Shown here one piece after another: positions 7,420-17,809 of a stretch of DNA of 64,000 bases (positions within the stretch are counted from its first letter, which is position 1; the number at the start of each line of letters is the position of its first letter). The position numbers and the translations under genes were made by a program. The notes beneath the pieces were generated by a model. It saw nothing but the letters and a program-made list of their open reading frames with translations. It had not been told where the DNA came from and made no database searches. The stretch comes from an uncultured Candidatus Saccharibacteria bacterium (GTDB lineage: Bacteria > Patescibacteriota > CPR2 > UBA1875 > CAIMLA01): NCBI GenBank assembly GCA_964501135.1, contig CAZCRI010000005.1, positions 14,771-78,770 of the forward strand, read 5' to 3'.

Positions 7420-8748
7420 GTGAAGGAATTTGGCTTTAGACTGACCACACTCGGCATCGAGAGGGAAACCAAGCTGGTTCTCGGCGTTTCTGGCGGTGTC
7501 GACTCCGTAGTGATGCTCGACCTCGTAGCGAGCTGCCTTCCAAAGCAAAACATGGTGATTGCTCACGTTAATCATGGATTCCGGGATGATTCGGACAAAG
7601 ATGAGAGATTTGTCCGTTCCTTGGCTAAGAAGTATGACATTACGTACACCTCTACAAAGCTAAAACCACACAACATGGCTTCAAACGAGTCGGGAAACCT
7701 CGAGGAATATTTTCGGGATAAAAGACGACGATTTTTACAGAATGCTGCCAAAAAATATGATGCGGGTTACGTAGCACTTGCCCACAATGCCGATGATCAG
7801 GCAGAAACAGTGCTGATGAATTTGGTCCGCGGAAGTGGTCCAGCGGGACTCTCCGGAATGAAAGAGCGCGAGGGTAAAATTCTTCGCCCCCTGCTAGGTA
7901 TTACGAAGACTGAGATTATTGCTTATGCAGAGATACACAAACTCAAATGGCACGAAGACACCACCAACACCGATACCAGCTACAACCGCAACTACCTTCG
8001 TCACCGAGTCTTACCGTTGCTTGGGCAACTCAACCCAGAGTACCTGGCAAACATTAGCCGCTCGGCAACGATTCAAGAAGAGATTGATGAATTACTAAAG
8101 GAGCGCGCCAAGTGGCTGGTAGAACAACTCCACACTAACACTTCAGTTTCTGCAGAGGTACCACGGCCAATTCTATACGAGGCCTTGGCGCAGATGTACG
8201 AAAAGGTAAAAGGTGATCGCAAGGAGCTCTCACTCGCCCATCTTGAAGCAGTCGCCCAGCTGGCAAGTGATGACCAAGGTACAAAAACCCTCGATCTACC
8301 GGGAAATGTTACAGCGAGGCGACGCTACAATCACCTTGATTTTGTGCTCAAAATGAGAGATAATAAAGCACCAATTATAGCCCCTCTTGAGCTATCTCTG
8401 GGGCACTCGAATTTTGGAAATTATAACGTAGAGATTACCGAATCTAACAGAGCCGACTCCAAGGACAAGTATTCTATTTTGCTCTCCTCCCTAGAAGGAT
8501 ACGTAATCCGCGCTGTCCTGCCAGGAGATAAAGTAGCAAAGACGGGTATGGAAGGCCATAAAAAGCTGCAAGACCTGTTCGTAGATGCTAAAATAGATAG
8601 GCAAAAACGTTCGCAAATTCCCCTTCTAGTCGGTACCACAAATAATGAAGTTCTGTGGATTCCCGGATTAGCAAAATCAAGAAACCTAGATAACAAAAAA
8701 CCGAAATATAGCATAACCATAAGCGAGGCCAGTCATGAAAACCGTTAA
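7420..8748 (+). CDS. tilS: tRNA(Ile)-lysidine synthetase TilS (likely start GTG 7420; six-frame ORF is continuous from the ATG at 6940)
   Basis: PP-loop LVLGVSGGVDSVVMLDLV (SGGxDS) about 18 aa after the candidate GTG start, total ~443 aa; conserved tilS-ftsH adjacency with 14-nt overlap. Confidence 0.8.
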   Translation: MKEFGFRLTTLGIERETKLVLGVSGGVDSVVMLDLVASCLPKQNMVIAHVNHGFRDDSDKDERFVRSLAKKYDITYTSTKLKPHNMASNESGNLEEYFRDKRRRFLQNAAKKYDAGYVALAHNADDQAETVLMNLVRGSGPAGLSGMKEREGKILRPLLGITKTEIIAYAEIHKLKWHEDTTNTDTSYNRNYLRHRVLPLLGQLNPEYLANISRSATIQEEIDELLKERAKWLVEQLHTNTSVSAEVPRPILYEALAQMYEKVKGDRKELSLAHLEAVAQLASDDQGTKTLDLPGNVTARRRYNHLDFVLKMRDNKAPIIAPLELSLGHSNFGNYNVEITESNRADSKDKYSILLSSLEGYVIRAVLPGDKVAKTGMEGHKKLQDLFVDAKIDRQKRSQIPLLVGTTNNEVLWIPGLAKSRNLDNKKPKYSITISEASHENR

Positions 8749-10555
8749 GAAAAATAAATATACTACCGTAATCGCAATAATCGTTGCCCTACTTGTGCTC
8801 GCTGGAGTTTATACCTATCTTGGCCAAGGCACTACGCCCAAAGCCGTAAGCATTAGTGATCTCGCTGGCGAAGTAAAAGATAATAAGGTTAGTAGCATTG
8901 TTGTTGAGGGTACAAACGTCATTATCACGATGAAAGACAAGACCAAACAGTCCTCGCAGATTGGTGCTAATGAGCAGATTACTACCACACTTAAAGATCT
9001 CGGTGCTGATCCAAGCAAGGTAAATTTGGACATCAAAGCGAGTAGCGACAACTCGATTTGGATTACCCTGCTCACTAGCGTCGTACCATTTATCCTTATC
9101 ATCGGTTTCTTTTACTTTATGCTCAAGCAAGCCCAAGGTGGCAACAACCAAGCAATGTCCTTTGGTAAATCTGGAGCCCGACTGGCGGACAACAAAAAGG
9201 ATAAGATTACCTTTGCCGACGTTGCTGGTGCCGCAGAGGCGAAGCAAGAACTCCTAGAAATCGTTGACTTCCTAAAACATCCCAAGAAATTCCTTGCCCT
9301 CGGCGCCAAAATTCCAAAAGGCGTACTCCTCTTCGGACAGCCAGGAACTGGTAAAACCCTGATGGCACGTGCTGTAGCCGGTGAGGCTGGGGTGCCCTTC
9401 TTCTCGATCTCCGGATCAGAATTCGTCGAGATGTTTGTCGGCGTTGGTGCCTCTCGTGTGCGTGATCTCTTTGCAAAAGCCAAGAAGAACGCTCCTTGTA
9501 TCATCTTTATTGACGAGATTGATGCCGTAGGTCGCCAACGTGGTACTGGTATGGGCGGCTCTCACGACGAACGCGAGCAGACCCTGAACCAGATTCTTAC
9601 TGAGATGGATGGTTTCGAGCAAGATACCAACGTGATCGTGATGGCAGCAACCAACCGACCAGATGTACTAGACCCTGCCCTGCAGCGTCCTGGACGCTTT
9701 GACCGTAAAGTTATTCTCGATATGCCAGACATCCAAGACCGTGAAGCTATTCTTATGGTTCACGCTAAGAATAAACCCCTCGCAAAGAACGTTGACCTCA
9801 AGGTAATCGCCCGCCAGACTCCAGGATTCTCGGGTGCTGACCTCCAAAACATCCTCAACGAAGCAGCAATCCTTGCCGCTCGAGAGAACAAAAAGGAAAT
9901 CTTTGCGATTGATGTTGAACACGCTGTCGAGAAAGTTTACCTCGGCCCAGAGCACAAGGGCGCTGGAATGAACGATAAAGAGAAGAAGATTACCGCTTAC
10001 CACGAGGCTGGACATGCAATTGTCGGCCATCTACTGGCTGGTACCGACCCAATCCACAAGATCTCTATCGTCTCCCGTGGTATGGCGCTCGGTGTTACCT
10101 GGTCACTGCCAGAAGAAGATAAGAAACTCTCTAGCAAATCAGAACTCGAAGATGACATCGCCATGATGCTTGGTGGTCGGGCTGCCGAAAAGATCTTTTT
10201 CTCGGATGTTACTACCGGTGCTAGCAACGACATGGAACGTGCTACCAAGCTGGCTCGCGAAATGGTAACTCGCTATGGCATGAGTGACGTCCTGGGCAAT
10301 CGAGTTTATGGCCGCAAGAACGAAATGGTCTTTTTGGGCCGCGAACTTGGCGAACATGACAAGGACTACTCCGAAAAAGTTGCCGCCCTTATCGACTCCG
10401 AGGTAGACAAGTTTGTTGAAAACGGCTACAAAAAAGCTACCGAAACTATCACCAAAAACAAAAAGAAGCTCGAAACTGTAGCTGCTGAGTTGATTGAAAA
10501 AGAAACCTTAGACGCAGAAGACTTCAAAAAGATTATGGATAAAGCAAAGGCATAA
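8735..10555 (+). CDS. ftsH: ATP-dependent zinc metalloprotease FtsH
   Basis: N-terminal TM, AAA+ Walker A GQPGTGKT, second-region-of-homology, HEAGHA zinc-binding motif; 606 aa. Confidence 0.95.
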   Translation: MKTVKKNKYTTVIAIIVALLVLAGVYTYLGQGTTPKAVSISDLAGEVKDNKVSSIVVEGTNVIITMKDKTKQSSQIGANEQITTTLKDLGADPSKVNLDIKASSDNSIWITLLTSVVPFILIIGFFYFMLKQAQGGNNQAMSFGKSGARLADNKKDKITFADVAGAAEAKQELLEIVDFLKHPKKFLALGAKIPKGVLLFGQPGTGKTLMARAVAGEAGVPFFSISGSEFVEMFVGVGASRVRDLFAKAKKNAPCIIFIDEIDAVGRQRGTGMGGSHDEREQTLNQILTEMDGFEQDTNVIVMAATNRPDVLDPALQRPGRFDRKVILDMPDIQDREAILMVHAKNKPLAKNVDLKVIARQTPGFSGADLQNILNEAAILAARENKKEIFAIDVEHAVEKVYLGPEHKGAGMNDKEKKITAYHEAGHAIVGHLLAGTDPIHKISIVSRGMALGVTWSLPEEDKKLSSKSELEDDIAMMLGGRAAEKIFFSDVTTGASNDMERATKLAREMVTRYGMSDVLGNRVYGRKNEMVFLGRELGEHDKDYSEKVAALIDSEVDKFVENGYKKATETITKNKKKLETVAAELIEKETLDAEDFKKIMDKAKA

Positions 10556-12171
10556 TGAATCGCGTTAAGAAGTTTTGGTATGACATAAGTAATAAGAAGC
10601 TGACTATCGGAAATGCAGCTCTGATTCTTGGTGGTACCGGCCTGCTTTCCAACATTCTCGGTCTCTGGCGTGAACGCGTGATCGCGGGAACCTTCGGCGC
10701 TTCACATATGACCGACGCTTTCTACGCCTCTTTCCGCTTACCGGATATGATCTTTAATCTTCTGATTCTCGGTGCCCTCTCGAGTGCTTTTATCCCCGTA
10801 TTCGTCGAGAAGATTACCGAAAAGAAAAAAGAGGAAGCCAATGAGCTTGCTAGTTCCTTTATAAATTTTATTACTCTTTCGGCTGGCATCTTTGCGGTTA
10901 TTATCTTTATCCTCGCCCCAAAGCTAGTGCCCTTCCTTCTACCTGGGTTCTTTAACCGACCTGAAGCCAACATCGATATTTATAACGTCACCATAAACCT
11001 CACGCGGATGATGATGGTTTCGCCAATCCTCTTCTCGATTTCTGGGGTATTTGGCGGCATTCTAAACTCGTACAAGCGCTTTGTGGCCTACTCCTTAGCT
11101 CCGCTAATTTATAATCTTTCGATTATCTTAGCGGCAATCTTTTTGGCCCCGCGTTTCCAAACCCCGGTCTATGCCCTCGCAATCGGTGTAATTATCGGCG
11201 CCATGCTGCACGCCCTTATTCAGCTGCCATCTGTAATTTCTACCGGATTCCGTTGGAAGCCTACCCTGAACTTCAAGGAAGGTCAAATTGGGCGCATCAT
11301 TAAGCTGATGCTTCCTCGCACAATTACTATCGGCGTCGGACAGATAAACCTCTTCGTCGATACTATTGTTGCCTCCTTCTTTGTTGGCGGCATTACCGTC
11401 CTAAACTTCGCAAACGACATTCAGACCGCGCCAACCGTTATCTTCGGTATTGCCATCGCAACAGCCATCTTTCCTGTTCTTTCAGAGGCAAAAACCAAGA
11501 ATAATATGACCGAATTTATGAAGAATTTTTCTTGGAGTGCCCGCCGTATCCTTTACTTTACTATTCCGGCCACTATCGGCCTAATCGTTCTCCGCGCTCA
11601 GGTAATACGTTTGGTCTTCGGCGTTGGTAACTTCAGCTGGGACAATACCTACTGGACAACCAAGGCGCTGCTCTTCTTTGCAGTTGGTCTCGTTGCCCAA
11701 GGGCTGATTCCGCTACTACTCAAGGCATTTTATGCGATTCAAGACACCAAGACTCCGCTCTACATCAGTCTATCGGTGATGGCAGTAAACGCGATTCTTT
11801 CCGTTGCGCTGCCGTTTATCTCCCCTCTCGGCCTCGGAGTCGCAGGCATTGCGCTCGCCTTTTCTATTGCCGGCATCATCAACGCCATTGCGCTCTTTGT
11901 CGCACTGCATAACAAGGTTGGAGCGCTCGATCCCGACCACAAAATATTTGAATCCACGGCCAGATTAATAATCGCCTCGGTTATTATGGGAATCGTCGTA
12001 CACTACTCTCTCTATCTTTTTGACCCGCTAGTTAATACCCTCAGTGTCGTCGGCCTCTTTGTCCAGACTATGGGGGCGATTGCCTTTGGCGCAATCACCT
12101 ACTTTTTCTTCAGCTGGTTATTCAAATGCGAAGAAACCAAATTTGTTCTCGATAAACTACGTAGGGCCTAA
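10555..12171 (+). CDS. murJ: lipid II flippase MurJ (MviN)
   Basis: N-terminus RERVIAGTFGASHMTDAFYASFRLPDMIFNLLILGALSSAFIPVF typical of MurJ; ~14 TM helices; 538 aa. Confidence 0.9.
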   Translation: MNRVKKFWYDISNKKLTIGNAALILGGTGLLSNILGLWRERVIAGTFGASHMTDAFYASFRLPDMIFNLLILGALSSAFIPVFVEKITEKKKEEANELASSFINFITLSAGIFAVIIFILAPKLVPFLLPGFFNRPEANIDIYNVTINLTRMMMVSPILFSISGVFGGILNSYKRFVAYSLAPLIYNLSIILAAIFLAPRFQTPVYALAIGVIIGAMLHALIQLPSVISTGFRWKPTLNFKEGQIGRIIKLMLPRTITIGVGQINLFVDTIVASFFVGGITVLNFANDIQTAPTVIFGIAIATAIFPVLSEAKTKNNMTEFMKNFSWSARRILYFTIPATIGLIVLRAQVIRLVFGVGNFSWDNTYWTTKALLFFAVGLVAQGLIPLLLKAFYAIQDTKTPLYISLSVMAVNAILSVALPFISPLGLGVAGIALAFSIAGIINAIALFVALHNKVGALDPDHKIFESTARLIIASVIMGIVVHYSLYLFDPLVNTLSVVGLFVQTMGAIAFGAITYFFFSWLFKCEETKFVLDKLRRA

Positions 12172-13952
12172 TGGATCAAAGCAAAATACGTAATTTCTGC
12201 ATTATTGCCCATATTGACCATGGCAAATCGACGCTCTCGGATCGCTTTTTAGAGGTAACAAACACCATCGATAAGCGTGACATGCACGCTCAACTTCTCG
12301 ATACCATGGAACTCGAACAAGAGCGCGGCATCACCATCAAACTTCAGCCGGCCAGGATGGAATACCAGGGTCACATTCTAAATCTAATCGATACTCCAGG
12401 ACATGTGGACTTTACCTACGAAGTCTCCCGTTCGCTTGCCGCTGTCGAGGGAGCTATCCTTGTAGTTGATGCTTCGCAAGGGATTGAAGCACAAACTCTT
12501 TCCAACATCTACCTCGCCCTCGAGCACAACCTAGAAATTATTCCGGTTCTAAACAAGATTGACTTACCTCATGCCGAGCCCGAGAAAGTAGCGCAGGAAA
12601 TCATTGACCTACTGGGAGTAAAACGCGAAGAGATAATCCTTGCTTCCGGCAAAACCGGCGAAGGGGTCGCTACTATCCTTGAGCGCGTGATCGAAAAAGT
12701 TCCAGCGCCCAAAGGAGAAACAGAGAAACCTTTCCGCGCCCTTATTTTTGATTCTTTTTACGATACTTACAAAGGTGTAGTTGCTTATGTCCGGGTTATC
12801 GATGGCGCCCTACCGAAAGGACAGAAGCTACACATGCTGGGTAGCAAATCTGGGGCAGAAAGTATCGAAATCGGCTATATTACGCCGAAATTTGTGCCAG
12901 AAGACCGGGTAAAAACTGGGGAGATTGGCTATATTGTCACCGGACTTCGTGACGTCTCCGGCGCACCTGTTGGTGATACCGTAACACTCGCTAGCGACAA
13001 AGATGTCGAGATGCTCCCGGGATACAAAAAGGTAAAACCATTTGTCTTTGCCGGGATTTATACTACCGAAGGAGATGACTATCCCCTACTACGCGAAGCC
13101 CTTGGCAAGCTAAGCCTCTCCGATTCATCGCTGGCTTATGAGCCAGAGGTTTCTAGCGCTCTCGGCTTTGGTTTCCGTTGTGGTTTCCTTGGTCTCCTCC
13201 ACATGGATATCGTGAAGGAGAGATTGGAACGTGAGTTCAACCTCGACCTTCTCGTTACCATTCCTTCTGTCGCCTACGAGATTGTAAAAACCAACAAAGA
13301 AGTGACGATCATAAACAGTCCTGCAGAACTACCAAACATTATGCACATTCAAGAAATTCGTGAGCCTTGGGTAAGGGTAGAGATTGTAACCCCAAGCGAC
13401 TATATTGGCGTCATTATGGAACTCATTACTAATCGTCGTGGTATCTTCAAAACTATCGACTACCTCGAAGAAACCAGAGTAATCGTAAAATGCGAAATGC
13501 CACTCTCCCAGATAGTTACTGATTTCTTTGATGTACTCAAAAGCATCTCCTCCGGCTACGCCAGCATGAGTTACGAATTCATCGAATACCGTGCCGGAGA
13601 CCTGGTGAAGGTAGATATTTACATTGCCGAAACCGTCGTTGATACCCTCTCACTCCTCGTGCACCGAAGTGAAGCGCAAACCGTAGGTAAACAGGTAGTC
13701 GAGAAGCTAAAATCACTGATTCCAAAGCAACTCTTCAAGGTGGCCTTACAGGCTGCCATCGGTGGCAAGATTATTGCCCGTGAAGATATCTCCGCAATGC
13801 GCAAAGACGTTACTGCCAAACTCTATGGTGGCGACGTTACCCGTAAGAATAAACTGCTCAACAAACAAAAAGAAGGTAAAAAACGCATGAAGAAGTTCGG
13901 CAAAGTTGAAATCCCCTCGGGCGTCTTCATGGAACTACTAAAGAAAGATTAA
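12171..13952 (+). CDS. lepA: elongation factor 4 (LepA)
   Basis: IRNFCIIAHIDHGKSTLSDR G1 motif, DTPGHVDF, NKID; LepA-specific C-terminal domain; 593 aa. Confidence 0.95.
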   Translation: MDQSKIRNFCIIAHIDHGKSTLSDRFLEVTNTIDKRDMHAQLLDTMELEQERGITIKLQPARMEYQGHILNLIDTPGHVDFTYEVSRSLAAVEGAILVVDASQGIEAQTLSNIYLALEHNLEIIPVLNKIDLPHAEPEKVAQEIIDLLGVKREEIILASGKTGEGVATILERVIEKVPAPKGETEKPFRALIFDSFYDTYKGVVAYVRVIDGALPKGQKLHMLGSKSGAESIEIGYITPKFVPEDRVKTGEIGYIVTGLRDVSGAPVGDTVTLASDKDVEMLPGYKKVKPFVFAGIYTTEGDDYPLLREALGKLSLSDSSLAYEPEVSSALGFGFRCGFLGLLHMDIVKERLEREFNLDLLVTIPSVAYEIVKTNKEVTIINSPAELPNIMHIQEIREPWVRVEIVTPSDYIGVIMELITNRRGIFKTIDYLEETRVIVKCEMPLSQIVTDFFDVLKSISSGYASMSYEFIEYRAGDLVKVDIYIAETVVDTLSLLVHRSEAQTVGKQVVEKLKSLIPKQLFKVALQAAIGGKIIAREDISAMRKDVTAKLYGGDVTRKNKLLNKQKEGKKRMKKFGKVEIPSGVFMELLKKD

Positions 13953-13957
13953 ACGAA

Positions 13958-13987
13958 CGAGGGGCAGCGCCGTACCCCTCGTTTTTG
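13958..13987 (+). terminator. Rho-independent terminator after lepA
   Basis: cgaggggcagcgccgtacccctcg hairpin followed by ttttt. Confidence 0.7.
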
Positions 13988-14000
13988 AAACGAAGAGACG

Positions 14001-14600
14001 TCACTGCCCCTGGCGCTGCTGATGTCTCCAAGAAAACAGCGCATGTGAGAGTCGGTAGGTGTTGTAGCCGTTGTCGAAGCGAACTCCCAGCTTCTTCATG
14101 ATGCCATCGATCGCTTCGCGCTTCGATGCGTCGCAGGACCGCAGGAAGTTTCTCCCGAGGCTGCCGTAACCGCCACCAGCTGGCCAGCTGGTGGCTTCTG
14201 TACACTCCAGGAGCAAATCAAACTCGCTGGGTGTGAGCTTAACTACCTCCTCACGGAGTAGCTCACCAGGACGCGTCGTCCCGTTCTCCTCCTTGGTCAT
14301 CCGGGTGCGCCAGGCCTGAGCTGACTCCAGGCTCTGCATGGTGGTGGTCACAGACCCCCGATTGCCTTCCTCCTGGACCAGGCGCGGGTGGCGCACGATC
14401 AACATATCGCAGTCATCCGAGTCGTACTCAAAGACCCCGGCCTGAACAAGCTTGCGAAGTAGAGTCGAACGGAGAGACCCCGAAACCGAGACCTTGCTTA
14501 GTCGCTCACCCGTGCGGTACTTGGCCTTGTTCCTCACCCAGAGTTCGAACTCATCGGAGGTAAGGTAGACCGGACCGAGCTCCTTCTGCCCCGTAGGCAT
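14001..14600 (-). CDS. hypothetical protein (199 aa) in ~58% GC island
   Basis: Clean ORF, compositionally distinct from flanks; no motif recognised. Confidence 0.4.
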   Translation of the reverse strand: MPTGQKELGPVYLTSDEFELWVRNKAKYRTGERLSKVSVSGSLRSTLLRKLVQAGVFEYDSDDCDMLIVRHPRLVQEEGNRGSVTTTMQSLESAQAWRTRMTKEENGTTRPGELLREEVVKLTPSEFDLLLECTEATSWPAGGGYGSLGRNFLRSCDASKREAIDGIMKKLGVRFDNGYNTYRLSHALFSWRHQQRQGQ

Positions 14601-14728
14601 AATATTCCCCTTTCGATTTGGTACCCAAAATATCGCCTTAGCGAGATATTCGCGAAGCTGATTATATCAGGAAAAGTAAATATCGTCAAGAAAAACCGCC
14701 CTTCTGAGCGGCCTATCTTATATACTAT

Positions 14729-15139
14729 CTATTTTAGTCCGTGCTCATGGAAACAGTCGGCGTAGGCTTGGTCTACGGTGGTGATGTGGTTAGTGAGCCA
14801 ACCCTTCATGAAATCCAGGACTTTCATTGCGTACTTATCTTCGTTACCAACATAGTTTTTCTGAAAATCAGCCACGGTGTCGCGAAATTTCTGGTGGATT
14901 TCCTTGTGAGCGGCAGAGTCAGGATATTCAAATTTATCAAAATATTTCTCTTCGGTCGCAAAATGATAGTTTGCGTATGCAGCAAGCTGATCGAGGATAT
15001 CACCAAGAATAATCTCCTCGCTCCCAACCTCTATAGTGTCATATAAATCGTTTAGTAAGAGAACAAACTTCTTATGCTGCTCATCTATTTCGGCGACTTC
15101 TACTTCGTAATCTGGTAACCAGTCTATATACATATTCAT
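14729..15139 (-). CDS. hemerythrin-like (bacteriohemerythrin) domain protein
   Basis: Spaced His/Glu ligand pattern (IDEQHKKF, YANYHFATEEKYF, AHKEIHQKF, WLTNHITTVD); 136 aa. Confidence 0.75.
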   Translation of the reverse strand: MNMYIDWLPDYEVEVAEIDEQHKKFVLLLNDLYDTIEVGSEEIILGDILDQLAAYANYHFATEEKYFDKFEYPDSAAHKEIHQKFRDTVADFQKNYVGNEDKYAMKVLDFMKGWLTNHITTVDQAYADCFHEHGLK

Positions 15140-15262
15140 ATTTTACACTAAACCAAGGGGAATTCACACAGTCGTTCTTAAAATAACCTTTACACGAAGG
15201 CTTTTTTGTGGTACAATACTGCTCGAAACTACGCACCTACAGTCAACGACCGAGGGGACAGC

Positions 15263-15784
15263 ATGGAAATCACACTAGATATTGCGCTGCTCTGCTTCAT
15301 CCTTTCTCTCAGGTACGGGGTAGTCCCGACCGAAGACATTCCGGAGGAGTGCGAGTACGAGATCTACTTGATTGCCCGCGAACATGCACTAACAACCAAG
15401 AACTACGAGTTCGCACTCCACCTCTCCGATAGCAGAGAGCGCTCACGTTGGATCAAGGAAACCAACAGCGAGAAACTCATGGCTATCTGGGAAGCTCTAG
15501 GCTGGGTTGAAGTCGGCTATCACAGCCCCTTCTGGTCCGGCAAGAAGCGCTATGTATTGCCGCGTCGCTACCGGTCCTATCCTCCTTGCGAAAAGAGGGA
15601 GATGGATCCCAGAGAGCTGGACCAGCGTCTTGAGCAAGCCCGGGAGAGTCTCGAAAAAGGCTCCCGGATCACCTTCTCCGGAGGCTGCTCACGTGAATCT
15701 GCTTGGAGACTCCACGAGGCGGGCATCGTCTCGCATGACCCACCAAGACAACCGAACATGATCCTTCGCGCACCATACCGCTAG
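15263..15784 (+). CDS. hypothetical protein (from MEITLD...; six-frame ORF starts at 15206) in GC-rich segment
   Basis: ORF only; Cys/Arg-rich; no motif recognised. Confidence 0.35.
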   Translation: MEITLDIALLCFILSLRYGVVPTEDIPEECEYEIYLIAREHALTTKNYEFALHLSDSRERSRWIKETNSEKLMAIWEALGWVEVGYHSPFWSGKKRYVLPRRYRSYPPCEKREMDPRELDQRLEQARESLEKGSRITFSGGCSRESAWRLHEAGIVSHDPPRQPNMILRAPYR

Positions 15785-15857
15785 CCACAGGGGGCTACCC
15801 GCACAGCACTCAAAAGAGAGGCTGCCTGCTGGTAGCCCCTCTTTCGTGTCTAATTAA

Positions 15858-17576
15858 TTAATGCGGATATTTATCCGGGCTGTCGTATTTACTCGTAAAT
15901 TTGTCGTTATCGGTAAGCTTTCCAGCCGTATCATAAATGTGTCGATAAAAAACTGCTGTGAAAGACTTTGGTCCACGAGCATCTTGCTCGGTAATGCTCG
16001 AGGTCACTTGCTCAACAAGGTCAACCTGACCTACAGTTTCAGCATTTCCAGAAAAAGTAATTTTCCCCGGCTTCTTGGTGCCATAAAAATCAAAGTACAG
16101 TTTGTTCCCGACCACACTGGTCTGAATCAAAATGTAGTGGCCGGTATCATTCTTGAATCGCATGTCTGGTGTCGGTAAATATATGGTCGCATCCACGCCG
16201 TATGGCTTATAGTAGCCAATTGGATAGGCGTGATTGTGACGCTCGAGGATTGGGAGACCCGCATTGAGAGCGGCACGAAACGCGGTCGAAGAAACCTGAC
16301 AAAGACCACCGCCATACTCGGGAACCGTCTTGTCGGCCAGAATCACCAGTTCCGGCAAATACCCTGTACTCGCTTCAACCGGACCCAGGATAGTGTTGAA
16401 GGAAACCTCCTCGTCTGGCTTGATTAGAACCCCGTTGAACTTACTGGCCCCTGTTTTGTAGTTATGTTGCCTATTTGCCGGAGAACCACTAGCATCTGTC
16501 CACCCGCGTGAAATTTGCTCCAGGATACCAAGCTCGTCCAGATTGGCCTCACTCACTGCCGGATTTTTGACCACAAGTGTAAGTTTTACGCCATGGCCAC
16601 CCTTCACAGCGCCTTGAATATCATTGATTAGTCGGGTAGTATCAAGCTCCTGTCCGATAATAGCTGGCGTTTTCACCACCATCTTGCCATCGACACTGTC
16701 GAGAACCACATTTGCAGCGGCTCTATTTACCTTAGCAGCAATATCCTTCGAATAAATGTAAACCATATTCTGATCCAAGTAGTTGTAGTCATTGTCCTCT
16801 CGTGGAAGCAAAGTCGGTAATTCGACAAGAGTGGTTGCAGCTACTGGCGTAATTTTGAGCCATTTGCGTAGAGATTCGATGCTAATTTGCTCGTCAATCC
16901 CACCTGACACCATCACTGGGCGCTGCAAAGCCTGCTGTACGCTGTCTAGGAGCGCTACGGCGTCATTTGCGGTCAACATCGGTGAGATAGAGGCGATACG
17001 AAGGTCGATAGTACTAGAGAGCCTAGAAAGGCCTTCACGAAGCACCTCGCGACTCTCGGGAAGCAGTAATCGCTGCCCATTCTTCTCGGCAGCCACCAGA
17101 CCGTGTTCCAGACTGGTAATCTGGGCGTCCTCGGGTGCAATTGCCAACGAATCGAAACTATCGAGTAAAACAGCGCTTATACCTTCATTGTTGTAGTCAA
17201 GATCAGCATTGTGACTCATTCCCAAGTATTTCGAAAGCCCAAAATAGCCTCGCTCCTCACGACCTAGTGCTTCCTCGAGAGTTTCATCTACTTTGAGCTC
17301 CTTGACGAAGCTAGAAACCGGTAAATCCTGACCCACCACGCTCACCTCGGCTGCCTGATATTGCTTCCAGCGCTGTTCGAGCAAGGTTTTCGCCGCGGCG
17401 GTAGTTTTGCCAGAAACGCCAATACCGGCGATTTCGCTCCCCAGAGCGAAACGATGCTCAAATATAATCGGCTGCAAGGTTACTAGAACCAAGTAAGCGC
17501 CAAAGGCAAAACCAAAAGCGGCCACGACCCTAGGAAGTAGCCGAGACTCATTCACGTTACTGTTATCCCCTGCCAT
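15858..17576 (-). CDS. VanW-family protein (N-terminal TM anchor, C-terminal VanW domain)
   Basis: N-terminal TM helix; C-terminal region ...GGGLCQVSSTAFRAALNAGLPILERHNHAYPIGYY..GVDATI characteristic of the VanW domain; 572 aa. Confidence 0.7.
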   Translation of the reverse strand: MAGDNSNVNESRLLPRVVAAFGFAFGAYLVLVTLQPIIFEHRFALGSEIAGIGVSGKTTAAAKTLLEQRWKQYQAAEVSVVGQDLPVSSFVKELKVDETLEEALGREERGYFGLSKYLGMSHNADLDYNNEGISAVLLDSFDSLAIAPEDAQITSLEHGLVAAEKNGQRLLLPESREVLREGLSRLSSTIDLRIASISPMLTANDAVALLDSVQQALQRPVMVSGGIDEQISIESLRKWLKITPVAATTLVELPTLLPREDNDYNYLDQNMVYIYSKDIAAKVNRAAANVVLDSVDGKMVVKTPAIIGQELDTTRLINDIQGAVKGGHGVKLTLVVKNPAVSEANLDELGILEQISRGWTDASGSPANRQHNYKTGASKFNGVLIKPDEEVSFNTILGPVEASTGYLPELVILADKTVPEYGGGLCQVSSTAFRAALNAGLPILERHNHAYPIGYYKPYGVDATIYLPTPDMRFKNDTGHYILIQTSVVGNKLYFDFYGTKKPGKITFSGNAETVGQVDLVEQVTSSITEQDARGPKSFTAVFYRHIYDTAGKLTDNDKFTSKYDSPDKYPH

Positions 17577-17809
17577 TAGTCCCTCGCTAGTAACTCGTTG
17601 ATTACGGTCTTTGCTAGCGCTTCTCTATCCTTGCGAGCGTCTTCGTCTCTCTTGGCGACAAGCACCAAGACATCGCCCTCGTGAGCATACTCAGGAAGCT
17701 TGGCCTTGGGCCAAAGTATCTGCTCACCATGATGGGTAAGTACAGCGTACTCCCCCTCGAAGCGGTCTATAGTTGTTTTTAGTTCATTGATGGTCATGAA
17801 TATGTCCAT
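17576..17809 (-). CDS. DUF3006-like small protein
   Basis: 77 aa, FEGEYAVL...LP..AHEGDVLVL pattern typical of the DUF3006 family; start overlaps upstream gene end. Confidence 0.45.
   Translation of the reverse strand: MDIFMTINELKTTIDRFEGEYAVLTHHGEQILWPKAKLPEYAHEGDVLVLVAKRDEDARKDREALAKTVINELLARD

Noticed and set aside
8789-10357. Multiple antisense/alternate-frame ORFs within ftsH (8789..9247-, 9112..9504-, 9668..10030-, and others)
   Set aside because: Embedded in a highly conserved CDS; no independent support.
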